Shown here in pieces: positions 21,964-33,564 of a DNA stretch of 64,000 nt (the stretch's first letter is position 1; each line of letters starts with the position of its first letter). The notes under the pieces are model-generated. The model had not been told where the DNA came from. It was given only the letters and a program-made list of their open reading frames with translations, and did no database searches. Made by a program: the position numbers and the translations under genes. Source of the DNA: Thecamonas trahens ATCC 50062. Lineage: Eukaryota; Protista; Apusomonadida. Location: NCBI RefSeq assembly GCF_000142905.1, contig NW_013657678.1, positions 310,001 through 374,000 on the forward strand, read 5' to 3'.

Positions 21964-24900
21964 TCATTGGGTTGACGCCGGTGGTGGCGGCGGGCGGGCG
22001 CGCTCGGCAGCCAGCATCTTCATGGTCACATCGTAGACAAGGGCACCCATGGCGGCGACGTCGTCGACGATCTCGACGTCGTCGCTCGGCTTGGTGGCGG
22101 TCTCGCCGGCCGCGGCAAGGCGCAGCGCAGCCGGCTTGATGGCGAGCTTGGCGTCGGGCGCGGCAGCGAGAAGCTGAGTAAACGCCGGCGCAAGCTCATA
22201 GCAGTCGGAAAAGAGCGCGGCGCGGCAAAAGACGTAGAGGCCGAGGCGGGCACGCGAGAGGGCAACGACCAGACGGCGGACATCGCGGACGTGGCCAATG
22301 GCGCGGGTCCTCACCAGCGAGAGCAGCACAAAGTCGGCCTGCTGACCCTGGAACTTATCAACGGTCGAGATGGCGGCCGGCATGCCGTACAGCGGGTTGT
22401 CGCCGCAACGGGCCCGGAAGACGTCTTCGAGCAGCGCACGCTGCCCGTTGTACGTGGTGAGGACGGCGATCTGGTCGCCGCGGTATCCGCACGCGCGCAT
22501 GAACATAAACACAGCGGCGGCGTACTCGGCCTCGCCGAGATTCTGGTAGTAGTGCGGCGACGGGGTCCTCTCGCCCTCACCCTGGTAGTCGTCGACGTTG
22601 ACGAGCTGGAAAGTGTGGGCAAAGCCTGGGTTAGGCGCCGCAAACCGCGAGTTGGCTGCCTCGACGTGCGGCAGGTCGCCGAGCTCTGGGTACCGCCACG
22701 AGAAGAGGGATCGCAGCTCGGGCCGCATCCGGCCCTGTGCGTTGAGGACGACAGCCGGAACGCCGAGCCGAATCAGCCGGGCAAACATCGACTGGTCGAG
22801 GTTGCCGGCCGAGGCCAGCAGCGGGTTCTTCACCACCGGCGGCAGCTGGTGATGGTCACCGATGAGGGTCACCCGCTTCAGCCGGTGGCCGTCGACCACG
22901 TCTGAGCTCTGCAGCATGAGTGGGATAAAGGTCTCGATCTCGAGGATCTGGCCGGCCTCTTCCATGACCACGTTGTCAAACTTGAACCGCAGCTCTTCCA
23001 CGAGCTCTGGCCACTTGAGAGCGGCATGGGTACAGGTCATGGCGATAATGCGGGCCTGCGCCATGACGAGGTGGTTTCCGCGGTCACGGTTCGACCGCAG
23101 CAACTCAAACGGCCGCGTCTCCTCGAGTTCGACGAACAAGTCGTCGATGTGGCCCAGACAGACGTCGACTTGCGCCAGGGCGGCTTCGGCTGTTGTCACA
23201 GGCGTGGCGTCGGCAAAGCTGCTGGCAAGGTCGACACCGTCAAAGAACGGCTTGAACGGCATGGCATCAAAGACCTCGCCGGCCGACTCGGCAGCCGCCA
23301 CGGCCTCGCGGAACTTAGCAACCGCTGGAGCGACCTTGAGAAGGTAGAACCGCGACGCGGCGTCGACCGAGTACGCGGCCTCGTCAGCACCGTTGGCGTC
23401 AGCCCCGCCGGCGCGTGCCAGCATTGCCACCCGCTCCAGGAGATACAGCCGCCGCTCGAGCATGTAGTCCACCCGCCCGTACTTGGAAAAGTCGGCAGCG
23501 AGGCCGAGGTCTTGGGTCCCGTGCCCAAGGCGGACGCAGTGCTTCTCGTCGATGTCGAGCTGGACAATCTTGGCAAACAGCTGGTTGAGTGCCTGGTTCG
23601 AGTGGGTGATGAGGAGCGTCCGCTGGCCCGGGTAGTTGTGGTACAGCGTGTTGACAATCTGGACGGCCACGTCGGTCTTTCCGGTTCCGGGCGGGCCAAC
23701 CACAACGTTGAGGCCTGGCGAGAGGCCGCCGCGGATGCCCTCGACCTGGCGCGGGGTGAACCGCACGGTGTTGGCCTTCCACACTCGCTCTTGCGGCCAC
23801 GGCGAGAGGATCGGGCGCGGGCGGGTGCGGATGGCGGCGGAGTTGGCGGCCTCGCCTGCGCCAAACTGCACCATGTACGGCGGCGGGCCTCGCTCGCCCG
23901 CCCATGTCACCTGCATGCCAAGCGCCTCCAGCACGCTCGTTGCATGCTCGGCGTCGAGAAAGGTGTCAACAAAGTCGAGCCAGCCACTTGCGTGTCCGCC
24001 GGCGGTTGCCTGCTCGGCCCACGGGGTGGCGAGGAGATTGGCGTAGTGGGCCGAGGCCGGCGAGCCAAAGCCGAGAAAGATCTCGTGAAGCCAGGCAGGA
24101 ACCGATGACGCTGCGTTCATCAGCGCGCGCATGGTGTGGAGGACGGCCCGAAAGTTGTTCTCCTTGGGGTGGCGCCGCATCAGAAAATTGAGGCGCGCGT
24201 ACTCTGCGGCGACAGCGTCGTCCGAACCGAGTCGCGCCACGTCGAGGTAGTACTGCGCGGCGTCGACTGCGAGGACGATGTTGCGAACGCCACCGGACGG
24301 GACCCTTCCCTCGCGGCCGGCATCCCAACGGTGCGGGTCAAACTGCGGGAGCGGCTCCTCAGCCTCGTCGGTGATGTTGAGCACCTCACCGCCGCGGATG
24401 AGGTTGACGCCACAGACCTCGCGAATGGGCGCGCGTGCCGGGTCCGGCCCTGGAGCTGCCGGGTTGTGAAACTGGTCCGCCGCCGGCTCGCAGGCGACGA
24501 GGAAGACAACCTCGCGCCGCCGGAGGCCATCCCACTCCTCGACCACGTCCGGGCGCAGGCCGTGGAGCGAGACGCTTAGCGTCACGCTCACTTTGCGCGG
24601 TGCATGCGAACCGAGCTTGGGCGGGAAGATGCGCCGGAGCCGAAGCGGCGCGCTCAGCGGGAGGCCCATCTTGGCCCACCCGGTGAAGGCTGTTGTGCCG
24701 TCAGGCGCCCGCCGCGGCTTGGCCAGCCGCAGTGTGTCCTCCAGATCATCGCGGATCTCCGAGTTGGCCTCGAGCCGGAACAGATGAAAGTTACGGAGCA
24801 AGTAGTCGTAGATCGAAAGGAACTGCAAGTTGAGCTTGGGCAGCGCCACCGAGCACGGCGTCCAAGTCAGCTTGTCGGTCTCTGAGCTGGAGCCGCCGGG

Positions 24901-26653
24901 GCGGGTGCTCGGCACACCGCGGTTCCTCTTGCCCTTACTCTTGCGGGCGCTTCCGCCAAACCCAATGTCGTACACTGGGTTGTACAAGTCGTCCTGAGTA
25001 GGCATGAGTGGGAGCTTGTTGATGGCCTCGAGCTGCGAGTCACGAGCGCCGTACTCAAACACCATGAGCGCCAGCAGAAGCTCCCGCCAGGCGTCGGCGT
25101 CGGCGTCAGTGACACCAGCGTGCATCTCGGCAAGGAGCGGCTCGTCGACAATGCGAAAGGTGAGGAGAACGTCGGCAATCTGGTCGTCGGTGAGCGGAAG
25201 GAGCGCGTCGCGGAGCGCAGCTTGCTTGGCAAAGGTGGCGTGATTGACAAGCGCAAGCTTGTGGATGTGCGGGGCCGATGAGAGTGCGGCGGCCGACTGC
25301 GCGGCTGCGATGCGGTCCGACGCGCGCGCCTCGGCCTGCAACGGCGTCAGGGCGGCACCAGTGTAGTCGTCGAGCTCAAAGCCAACGTAAAAGTCGAGCA
25401 GGTCGAGGAGCGAGGCCAGCTGCGGGAGAGCTGTGACAACCGGGAGCGCCCGAAGACGGACCGGGAGGAAAGAGGAGCGGACGTAGGTGTTGAAGAACCG
25501 CCTCGTCGGAAGCTGGCCAACCAGCTCGATGAGGAGGACGACAAAGTTTTCGACCAGGGCCTGGACAGCGACCGAGTCGGTGGCGCCGACTGCGGTCAGC
25601 ATGCCCAGCACGCCCTGCACAATGTCCGGGAGCCAGTTGGCGGCGCGAGCGAGCGCGGCGCGCTTGGCTGGCTTGCCCTTGGGCCCGAGCGTCTTGTTGA
25701 TCTTGGCCCAGACCTTGGCAAGGTGCGGGAGGGCGTCAAAGAGATTGTCAAGCGCCCGCGCCCGCGCCGGCGCTTGCACGCGGCTCCACAGCGGGAGCGA
25801 GACGAGAGGAAGAAACTCGGCGGAAATGAGGTCGTTCTCCAGCGAAGCCGTGACGTTGACAAAGAACTGCAGGTACCACACAACTTCGGCCGGCGCGAGC
25901 TGCGCCAGCCGGTCGGCCACGTCGAGCACGGCACTGAAGAAAGCCTTGAAGATCGCCGGCTCGCGCGAGGCAAAGACGGCAAAGGCCGGAAGGCCGAGCG
26001 AGGCCTTGAGGTTGACCATGACAATCATTGAGAACAGCATGCCGCGGCTCTCGGTCTCGCCGGGGCTGTATCCTGGCCAAAGATACTCTTCGAGGTACTG
26101 AGACAGCTCCAGCACCTTGGCCCTGCTCTTCCACTCGGCCGACACACCGCCGTTGGTCCCTGCCCGGCTCAGCAGCTGCTCGGCGTAGATGCGGTCGACG
26201 AGGGCGAGGTCAAACGCCGGCGGCTCATCCGCCCGCCACTGGCTCTTGGCCAGCACCGTCAGCTCGTCGGTCTCGATCTCTGCCAGCGTCAGCCCACCGC
26301 GCCGTTTCGGCTGGCCTTCTTCGTCACCTCTGCCCGCCTTCTGTCCGCCGAGCGGCGCTCTGCGCTTACGGCTTCCGCCGCCACCACGGCCACGCCCGCC
26401 GCGTCCGCCACGTCCGCCACGTCCGCCACGTCCGCCACGCCCGCCACGTCCGCCACGTCCGCCACGCCCGCCGCGTCCGCCACCACGTCCGTTCGACTCG
26501 CTTCTTCCCCTCCGCTTAGTACCTGGACCTACACACACGCATGCAGAAGGAGGGGGGGAGGAGGATGATGACGGTGTGAGCATGAGAAAGGGGGGAAGGG
26601 GAGGAGAGGGAAGGGGGGAGGGGAGCGGGGATGGCCAGTGACGTACCCGCCAT
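21964..26653 (-). CDS. AQR: Aquarius intron-binding RNA helicase; 7-nt first coding exon 26653-26647, intron 26646-26529
   Basis: LELSQYLE, LPKLNLQFL, GPPGTGKT, THSNQALN, MEEAGQILE and GDHHQLPP; N-terminal RGG repeat; GTACGT...TAG intron joins in frame. Confidence 0.93.
26385..26490 (-). repeat. (GGR)n RGG-box coding repeat in AQR
   Basis: 9-bp CCGCCACGT repeats on the + strand. Confidence 0.85.
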
Positions 26654-26696
26654 GGAGAAGGAGAGAGAGGGAGTAGTGTGTGGTGTGTGTATGTAT

Positions 26697-26748
26697 GGTG
26701 TGGGTGTGGGTGTGGGTGTGGGTGTGGGTGTGGGTGTGGGTGTGGGTG
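26697..26748 (+). repeat. (GGTGTG)n hexamer repeat
   Basis: About 8 copies directly upstream of AQR. Confidence 0.85.
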
Positions 26749-26783
26749 AGGGAGAGAGAGAGAGTGGTGGGTATGGTTGGTGT

Positions 26784-27380
26784 NNNNNNNNNNNNNNNNN
26801 NNNNNNNNNNNNNNNNNNNNNNNNNNNNNNNNNNNNNNNNNNNNNNNNNNNNNNNNNNNNNNNNNNNNNNNNNNNNNNNNNNNNNNNNNNNNNNNNNNNN
26901 NNNNNNNNNNNNNNNNNNNNNNNNNNNNNNNNNNNNNNNNNNNNNNNNNNNNNNNNNNNNNNNNNNNNNNNNNNNNNNNNNNNNNNNNNNNNNNNNNNNN
27001 NNNNNNNNNNNNNNNNNNNNNNNNNNNNNNNNNNNNNNNNNNNNNNNNNNNNNNNNNNNNNNNNNNNNNNNNNNNNNNNNNNNNNNNNNNNNNNNNNNNN
27101 NNNNNNNNNNNNNNNNNNNNNNNNNNNNNNNNNNNNNNNNNNNNNNNNNNNNNNNNNNNNNNNNNNNNNNNNNNNNNNNNNNNNNNNNNNNNNNNNNNNN
27201 NNNNNNNNNNNNNNNNNNNNNNNNNNNNNNNNNNNNNNNNNNNNNNNNNNNNNNNNNNNNNNNNNNNNNNNNNNNNNNNNNNNNNNNNNNNNNNNNNNNN
27301 NNNNNNNNNNNNNNNNNNNNNNNNNNNNNNNNNNNNNNNNNNNNNNNNNNNNNNNNNNNNNNNNNNNNNNNNNNNNNNNN
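26784..27380. other. Assembly gap
   Basis: Run of N; probably hides the first exon of SYF1. Confidence 1.
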
Positions 27381-27466
27381 GCCCCCCCCCCCCTCTTCTT
27401 CCGCGGATTCGGCCCCTCCCCCTCCCCCCCCCCCCCCCTTCCCTCCCCACTCACGCACACATGTAG

Positions 27467-30106
27467 GAAGAGGGCGACGTGGCATTTGAGGAGGATGTGG
27501 TGACAGAGCCGTACTCGCTTCGGGCGTGGCTTCGGTACCTCAAGCACAAGCGGTCTGCAGCAGCCGAGGCTCGCGACGCGCTGTATGAGCGGGCACTGGC
27601 GGCGCTGCCAGGGAGCTACAAGATGTGGCGGCGGTATCTGACGGAGCGGGTGCAGCGAGTGCGCAGCTTTCCGGTCACGGCCGACCAGTGGGCGGCGGTG
27701 GGCAATGTGTTTGAGCGGGCGTTGGTGTTTATGCACAAGATGCCGCGGATGTGGCTCTGCTACCTCGAGTTTCTCTTTGCCTGGCACGCTGTCTCGCGAG
27801 TCCGCCCCGTCACCGACCGCGCTCTGCAGGCGCTGCCGATCACGCAGCACGCGCGGATCTGGGAACCCGTGCTCGAGTACGTGTCGGGGCTTGCGGTGCC
27901 GATTCCGGCCACGGGCGTCTCGCTCTGGCGGCGGTATCTCAACATTGCGCCTGCACGGCGCGAGGACTATGTCGAGTACCTCATGGCGGTGGAGCACTAC
28001 GACGAGGCCGCCAAGGAGCTGGTTGTCCTGCTCGACACGGCCGCCAGCGACTCGGACGCCGCTGAGGCGATTACCAAGCCGCGTCACGAGCTCTGGCTCC
28101 TGCTCTGCTCGCTCATTTCCGAGCACGCGCCAGAGCTCAAGTCGATTCCGGTCGAGGCCATTCTGCGGACGGGCGTGACTCAGTTTAGCGACCAGGTCGG
28201 CACGTTGTGGACGTCGCTTGGTGACTACTTTATCCGCCTCGCCCAGTTTGACAAGGCCCGCGACGTGTACGAGGAGGGCATGGCGGCGGTGACGACCGTC
28301 CGCGACTTTACCCTTGTTTTCGACGCCTACGTCCAGTTTGAGGATGCCATGCTCTCGACCAAGCTGCAGATGCTGGATGAGGCCAGGGCAAAGGCTGAGG
28401 CGGGCGCCGGCGGTGGCAGCGGAAACGGCGCTCTCGACCGCGATCTTGTCGAGCTCGACGCCGACCTGCAGCTCCGGTTCGAGCGCTACCAACACCTTAT
28501 CGACCGGCGGCCGCTCCTGGTCAACGCTGTCCTGCTCCGGCAGAACCCGTCGAATGTCCACGAGTGGCTCAAGCGGGTCGAGTTGTACAAGGCGGCGCAG
28601 GATGGAGTCAACGTTGTCGACACCTACACTCGCGCGCTCGAGGCTGTCGAGCCGGCTACAGCTGCTGGCCCGCTCCACGAGCTCTGGATTGGCTTTGCCT
28701 CGTTCTACGAGCTTGCTGGGCAAGATGCAGATGCTGCGCGCGCCATTTACGAGAGGGCTGTGGCGGCGGATGCAGCTTCGGTCGACTCGCTCGTCGCCAT
28801 TTGGCTGGCCTACGCCGAGTTTGAGGGCCGGGTCGGGAGGTATGACGCCGCGCTGGCACTGCTGCAGCGGGCCACCACCATTCCCAAGCAATTTCTCTCG
28901 TCGGCGCGCCGGACTGGGCCGGCAGCAGTCTCGTACTACGACGACGGGCTCGCTCCGGCGCTCCGCCTCTTCAAGTCGTCCAAGCTCTGGGCGGCGTATG
29001 TCGACCTTGCCGAGGCGCTCGGCACGCTCGAATCGACGAAGGCCGTGTACGAGGAGATTCTCGAGCTCCGGGTCGCCACGCCCAAGCTCATTCTCAACTA
29101 CGCTGGCATGCTCCTCGACGCCGAGTACTTTGAGCAGGCCTTTGCCGTCTTTGAGCGTGGCATCGAGCTCTTTGGCTACCCGCACGTTCTTCCGCTGTGG
29201 CGCGCGTACCTCACTCACTTTGTCCGGCGCTACGGCGGCTCGGCGCTGATGCGGACCCGCCAGCTGTTTACCACCGCCCTCCAGGGCGCGCCGCGGCCGT
29301 ACGCCAAGGAGCTTTATCTCCAGGCCATTGCCTTTGAGGCCGAGCACGGATCGCACAAGCGCGAGTTTGACCTCTACGCCAAGGCAGTCGACGTTGTGCC
29401 GACCGCCGATGCCCAGGAGATCTACACCCGCTGGATCAAGGCGGCCGCTGGCGTCCACGGTGTCTCGGCGACTCGGCCCATCTACGAGCAGGCTATTGCC
29501 AAGCTCAATGACTCGGGCGCCCGCGCCATGTCGCTCAAGTATGCCCAGCTCGAGCTGGCCATGGGCGACCTCGTCCGCGCCCGCGCCCTCTACGCCCATG
29601 CCTCGCAGTTTTGCCCGCCCGACCGCGACAAGGCGTTCTGGGCCGAGTGGGAAAAGTTCGAGTCGAACCACGGCAACGAGGACACCTTCCGCGAGATGCT
29701 CCGCATCAAGCGCTCGGTCCGCGCCCAGTATCACTCGATTATTTCGGACGACGTCATTGCCGCCGTCGCCGCCGCCCGCAAAGACGCGCCGCCGTCGGCG
29801 CCGCCTTCGCGTAAGCGCGACCGTACCGAGCTCGACGCCGATGCGCCTGGTGCGGCCATGCCACCGCCAGCGTCCGAGGACGAGCCGGCTGCCAAGCGGC
29901 ATGTCTCGCTCGCCCCCGGTGCGTCGCGGGGCATCCAGTTTGTGGCCTCGTCGGCTTCGATCGCAGGCAATGTCGACGATGGTGTGCCGGCGCCCAACCC
30001 CGACGCCATTGCCATGGACGATTCCGACGACTCCGACTCGGACGGCGACGACGGCGATGAGCCGCCGATGCCGGTCGGTTCTGTTCCCGAGGGTGTGTTC
30101 TCGTGA
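27467..30106 (+). CDS. SYF1: Pre-mRNA splicing factor SYF1/XAB2 (HAT repeats), 5' exon in the gap
   Basis: LYERAL..LPGSYK.W, MHKMPR.W, VLLRQNP.NVHEW and HGNEDTFREMLRIKRSV; ACTCAC...TAG acceptor at 27466. Confidence 0.93.
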   Translation, partial: EEGDVAFEEDVVTEPYSLRAWLRYLKHKRSAAAEARDALYERALAALPGSYKMWRRYLTERVQRVRSFPVTADQWAAVGNVFERALVFMHKMPRMWLCYLEFLFAWHAVSRVRPVTDRALQALPITQHARIWEPVLEYVSGLAVPIPATGVSLWRRYLNIAPARREDYVEYLMAVEHYDEAAKELVVLLDTAASDSDAAEAITKPRHELWLLLCSLISEHAPELKSIPVEAILRTGVTQFSDQVGTLWTSLGDYFIRLAQFDKARDVYEEGMAAVTTVRDFTLVFDAYVQFEDAMLSTKLQMLDEARAKAEAGAGGGSGNGALDRDLVELDADLQLRFERYQHLIDRRPLLVNAVLLRQNPSNVHEWLKRVELYKAAQDGVNVVDTYTRALEAVEPATAAGPLHELWIGFASFYELAGQDADAARAIYERAVAADAASVDSLVAIWLAYAEFEGRVGRYDAALALLQRATTIPKQFLSSARRTGPAAVSYYDDGLAPALRLFKSSKLWAAYVDLAEALGTLESTKAVYEEILELRVATPKLILNYAGMLLDAEYFEQAFAVFERGIELFGYPHVLPLWRAYLTHFVRRYGGSALMRTRQLFTTALQGAPRPYAKELYLQAIAFEAEHGSHKREFDLYAKAVDVVPTADAQEIYTRWIKAAAGVHGVSATRPIYEQAIAKLNDSGARAMSLKYAQLELAMGDLVRARALYAHASQFCPPDRDKAFWAEWEKFESNHGNEDTFREMLRIKRSVRAQYHSIISDDVIAAVAAARKDAPPSAPPSRKRDRTELDADAPGAAMPPPASEDEPAAKRHVSLAPGASRGIQFVASSASIAGNVDDGVPAPNPDAIAMDDSDDSDSDGDDGDEPPMPVGSVPEGVFS

Positions 30107-30843
30107 CCGCGCCACCACAGCACGCATGCAAAGGACGATAATGAACGTTGCACACTCAGCCATGCATGTGTGTTAATCATTGGTGGCGGAAAGAGTATGG
30201 AAAGAAACTAGCCGCGCTTTATTGGAGCGCAGCCCATCGGTATTTTTTGATTGTTTCATCCGGTAGGCGAGGCAATTGCGTCGCACGGCTGCTTGTTGGG
30301 GAAAATGGTGGTGTCGAGCAGCCGCTGCATAGAGAAAAGCCACGCGAGTCATGACGGGGCGTGGGCTCGCTTCAGCGTAGAGCGCATACGCGTTGATGCG
30401 CGCGGCATCCAAAATCCAGTACAGGATGGCGTGCCATTACTTGCGCGGCCACGCCGACCGGCAAGCTCGTCCGTCGCAAGACGTCCTCGCACTCTTCCGT
30501 CCGGCAACTGTGTTCAACTCTGTCATGCTCTCCTTCCCGGTCCTCGGGGTCGTCAACGACAAGCTTTGCACCGTTCGTGCCCGCCGATCCGGAGGAGCGG
30601 CGGCACCTCGCGCGCCTCGCCCATGCTCCCAGGCGTCCGTCACCGCGACGGCAACTCGGGCATCCTTCAGGCGGGCGTCTACGTGTCGGGCGCCATCACG
30701 TGTGGGCGCGCCTCCCACCTCAAGCCTCAGGCCAAGCAGGCGTCGCGCAGCGTCGGCCGGTGACCTGGAAGTCAAACACCATCGAGTTGTTCACTTTGAG
30801 ACGCGCGACAACGCGTCCGAACGACCGTACTGTTAAGGGCTAA

Positions 30844-33564
30844 CTACGTCTGCGGCGGAGCGTCGGTGTCAAATGTGACCGAGTCCGTCGGAAGGACCGA
30901 GAACGTGAGCGAAAAGCGGTCGACGGCGGCGGCGCAGGTGACGTTGGCACACCGATAGACGTCGGTGGCAAAGAACCGTCGGAGGTAGCTGGAGCACATG
31001 GGGCAGGCCGATGGGACACCGTGGACGTAGTACTCGAGGCAGAGTGAGAGGATACGGGACCGCGGCCAGGTTCTTGCAGCCGGCACGTTAGAGAGGACCA
31101 GGAGCTGGGTCAGCTGCTCAGTGGAGAGGGTGGAGAGGACCTTGTAGGCAGCGCGCGCGCGCGGCGAGAGGGTCGAGACTTGGGTCACAGCGTTGATGGC
31201 AAAATACTCGAGCTGTGGCGCTGCAGAAATGGTCGCCGGGTTGACGGCCCGCACGTCGGCAGGCAGCATCGACGCCGAGAGCGCGACCAGGACCGGCAGG
31301 CCTATAACATGGAGGAGGAGCGACGGCGACACCATGATTCCGGTGATGTCGAGGATCTGCAGCCGGCGGCAAGATTGGACAATGTTGAGCAGCGGCTTCT
31401 GCGAGGTGAGCGAGTAGCAGCGCGAGAGACGGAGCGAGGCGAGCGAGCGGCCTAGGTCGGCGATGTGGCGCGCCACTGGCGGGGTGACTCCGAGCGAGCC
31501 GGAAAGGTCGAGCTTCTGCAGGCTGGGGCACGAGGTGATGACCCGGATGAGGTCTGCCGGCGCGTACCGCTTGGCTCCGCACAGTGTTGTTGCCGCCGAC
31601 AGCGAGAGCAGACCTGGGCAGTGGGTGGCGACCGAGCTGAGGCCCTTGCCGGTGATCTGCGAGCAGAACGAGATGTCGAGCGCCTTGAGTGTGGCGCCGA
31701 TGCCGACAAGCATCCTGTCCAGCGAGGCGTCGGTGACCCGGAAGAGCGACTGGATGTTGAGCTCGGTGATTTTCCAAGCCGGCGGCCCGCGGAGCTGGAG
31801 CTCGACGCGCGGGCACTTGGCCAGAAGCAGCGACGACGGGACAAACGTCGCACCGGGGAGCCTGAAGAAGCTCTCCAGCAGCTCATCGTCCAGTGCGCGC
31901 TGTGCCACAAGTGCCATGAACATGTTGCTCACAGCGAGGACGTCGCGTTCGGCGGCGGCTGGCGCCGGCCGATGAGTCTCGGTGGGAGCAAGCGAGCTGA
32001 CAACCTGGTGCGCCGCGTCGCGCGACTGTGGTGTGGCCAGCGCGTCGGCGAGCGCAATCCGGGCGAGCTCACGCAGCGACGACCCTGCCGGCGCTGCCGC
32101 CGCGGGCCTGTTCAACAGGCCCGGGGCTTGTGGAAAGGCGGCTGGACTGCCTGGCCCGCTCGGCGAGCGGACCGGCGACTTGACTCCGCCAGCGCCGCCG
32201 GCAGCAGCGATCGACAGCTGCGGCGCCGACGAGAGCGCGGTAAAGCTGGGCGCGGCCGGCGAGGTAGGGCGCGGGATAGCACTGGTGTTGCGCCCGACGT
32301 CCAGGTGGTGGTGTGACTCGGACGTGCGCCGAGCCAATGGCGACTTAGCGGCGGCGGCGGCGGCTGGCGGCTTGCGCTGCTCCCCGCTCCCGGCGACTGG
32401 CGAGCTCTGGCCGTGCGCGACCGGCGGCGGCGGCGGTGGCGCAATCGGGAGCATGTCAATTAGCGAGAGAGACGACCGCGAGCTGCGGTCGAGGTTAAAC
32501 ACCTTGTAGTTGACGACTTCGCACTTTGACACGCCACGGTTGCCCTCGCAATACGAGTTCCAGCGGAGCTCCTCCAGCGAGACATTGCGGTACTCAGGCA
32601 TGGCAGTGATGCACGTCAGGCGTTCGACGCGGCGGACCGGGGCAACCGGAACCTCGACCGGGGCGTAGGCAGCCTTGTCCGAGCCCACATCGTGCGAGCC
32701 GCGGCGCGAGGTCGGCGCGCTTCGGCCCTGGCGCTTCTTGAAATCCATCGAGGGCATGAACATGAGCGACTGGGTCGCAGCCCGCGGCGCGTTGGCCCGC
32801 CCGAACCGCATCGGCAGCGCCGATAGCGCACGGTCGACCATACCCAGGTCGGGCACACTCTGCGAGACAATCGCGAGATTGTGGGCAGACATGCCCGAGA
32901 GCACGTTGAACGACGAGCCTGACATCGGGTTGGCTTGCGAGATGCCGGCACCGCCAAGCGGGCTGCCGAGCGTACCGCCGAGCGAGCTTCCGAGCGGAGC
33001 TGCACCGAGGGACTCGAGCGACGACGAGCCAGCGGGCGGGCCGCCCGACGCCGAAGACGAGGTGCGGCGGCGCTTGGCCGGTGCCGGCGGCGACGGCGAG
33101 CTTTGCTGCGGCTGCTTCGGCGAGCCCGCCAGCAGCGGCTTGTTGTGCGGCGACGGCGAGGCCACGCCGTCGGCGTTGATGAACAGCCACTCCAGGAGGT
33201 CGTCGATACGCGGACCGGCAACCAGATACTCGTTGCCTTCGATCGAGAAGCGAAGGTGCAGGTTGGGCGTGTCGAGGTCGACCACCACGTCTGTGCGTGG
33301 GGCGCTGGGCAAGCCAAGGTGACCGGCACCTTTGAAACCACCCAGCGGACGTCCGCCGAGCTGTGGAAGCACGTTGTGCCCGTCCAGGGCAGAGGCCGGT
33401 GCCTCTGTAGGCCGGCGGTGGTCACGTCCCGGAGCGTCCAAAGTTGGCTGGCCAATATTGGACGCCGACCGCAGCAACTGGTGTGAGGACTTCATCTTCT
33501 CAGAGGAGAAGACAAAGCCATCCCGTCCAGACTCACCACCCTCGACCTTAGTACGCATGCTCAT
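30844..33564 (-). CDS. GLEBS-motif + AMN1/FBXL-type LRR + PADR1-like zinc-domain protein
   Basis: CITAMPEYRNVSLEELRWNSY (GLEBS-like); cysteine-containing LRRs (LDISFCSQIT, LDLSGS, LRLSRC); C-terminal CPMC...YRC...C. Start uncertain; a possible upstream exon is 33718-33686. Confidence 0.75.
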   Translation of the reverse strand: MSMRTKVEGGESGRDGFVFSSEKMKSSHQLLRSASNIGQPTLDAPGRDHRRPTEAPASALDGHNVLPQLGGRPLGGFKGAGHLGLPSAPRTDVVVDLDTPNLHLRFSIEGNEYLVAGPRIDDLLEWLFINADGVASPSPHNKPLLAGSPKQPQQSSPSPPAPAKRRRTSSSASGGPPAGSSSLESLGAAPLGSSLGGTLGSPLGGAGISQANPMSGSSFNVLSGMSAHNLAIVSQSVPDLGMVDRALSALPMRFGRANAPRAATQSLMFMPSMDFKKRQGRSAPTSRRGSHDVGSDKAAYAPVEVPVAPVRRVERLTCITAMPEYRNVSLEELRWNSYCEGNRGVSKCEVVNYKVFNLDRSSRSSLSLIDMLPIAPPPPPPVAHGQSSPVAGSGEQRKPPAAAAAAKSPLARRTSESHHHLDVGRNTSAIPRPTSPAAPSFTALSSAPQLSIAAAGGAGGVKSPVRSPSGPGSPAAFPQAPGLLNRPAAAAPAGSSLRELARIALADALATPQSRDAAHQVVSSLAPTETHRPAPAAAERDVLAVSNMFMALVAQRALDDELLESFFRLPGATFVPSSLLLAKCPRVELQLRGPPAWKITELNIQSLFRVTDASLDRMLVGIGATLKALDISFCSQITGKGLSSVATHCPGLLSLSAATTLCGAKRYAPADLIRVITSCPSLQKLDLSGSLGVTPPVARHIADLGRSLASLRLSRCYSLTSQKPLLNIVQSCRRLQILDITGIMVSPSLLLHVIGLPVLVALSASMLPADVRAVNPATISAAPQLEYFAINAVTQVSTLSPRARAAYKVLSTLSTEQLTQLLVLSNVPAARTWPRSRILSLCLEYYVHGVPSACPMCSSYLRRFFATDVYRCANVTCAAAVDRFSLTFSVLPTDSVTFDTDAPPQT

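Noticed and set aside
26697-26748. (GGTGTG)n as a telomere
   Set aside because: Short, internal, and typical of the GT/CA tracts upstream of genes here.
26516-30163. 1215-aa minus-strand ORF and similar long antisense ORFs (43185-45302, 4965-6233)
   Set aside because: Shadow ORFs of GC-rich real genes, some read through N-gaps; no motifs.
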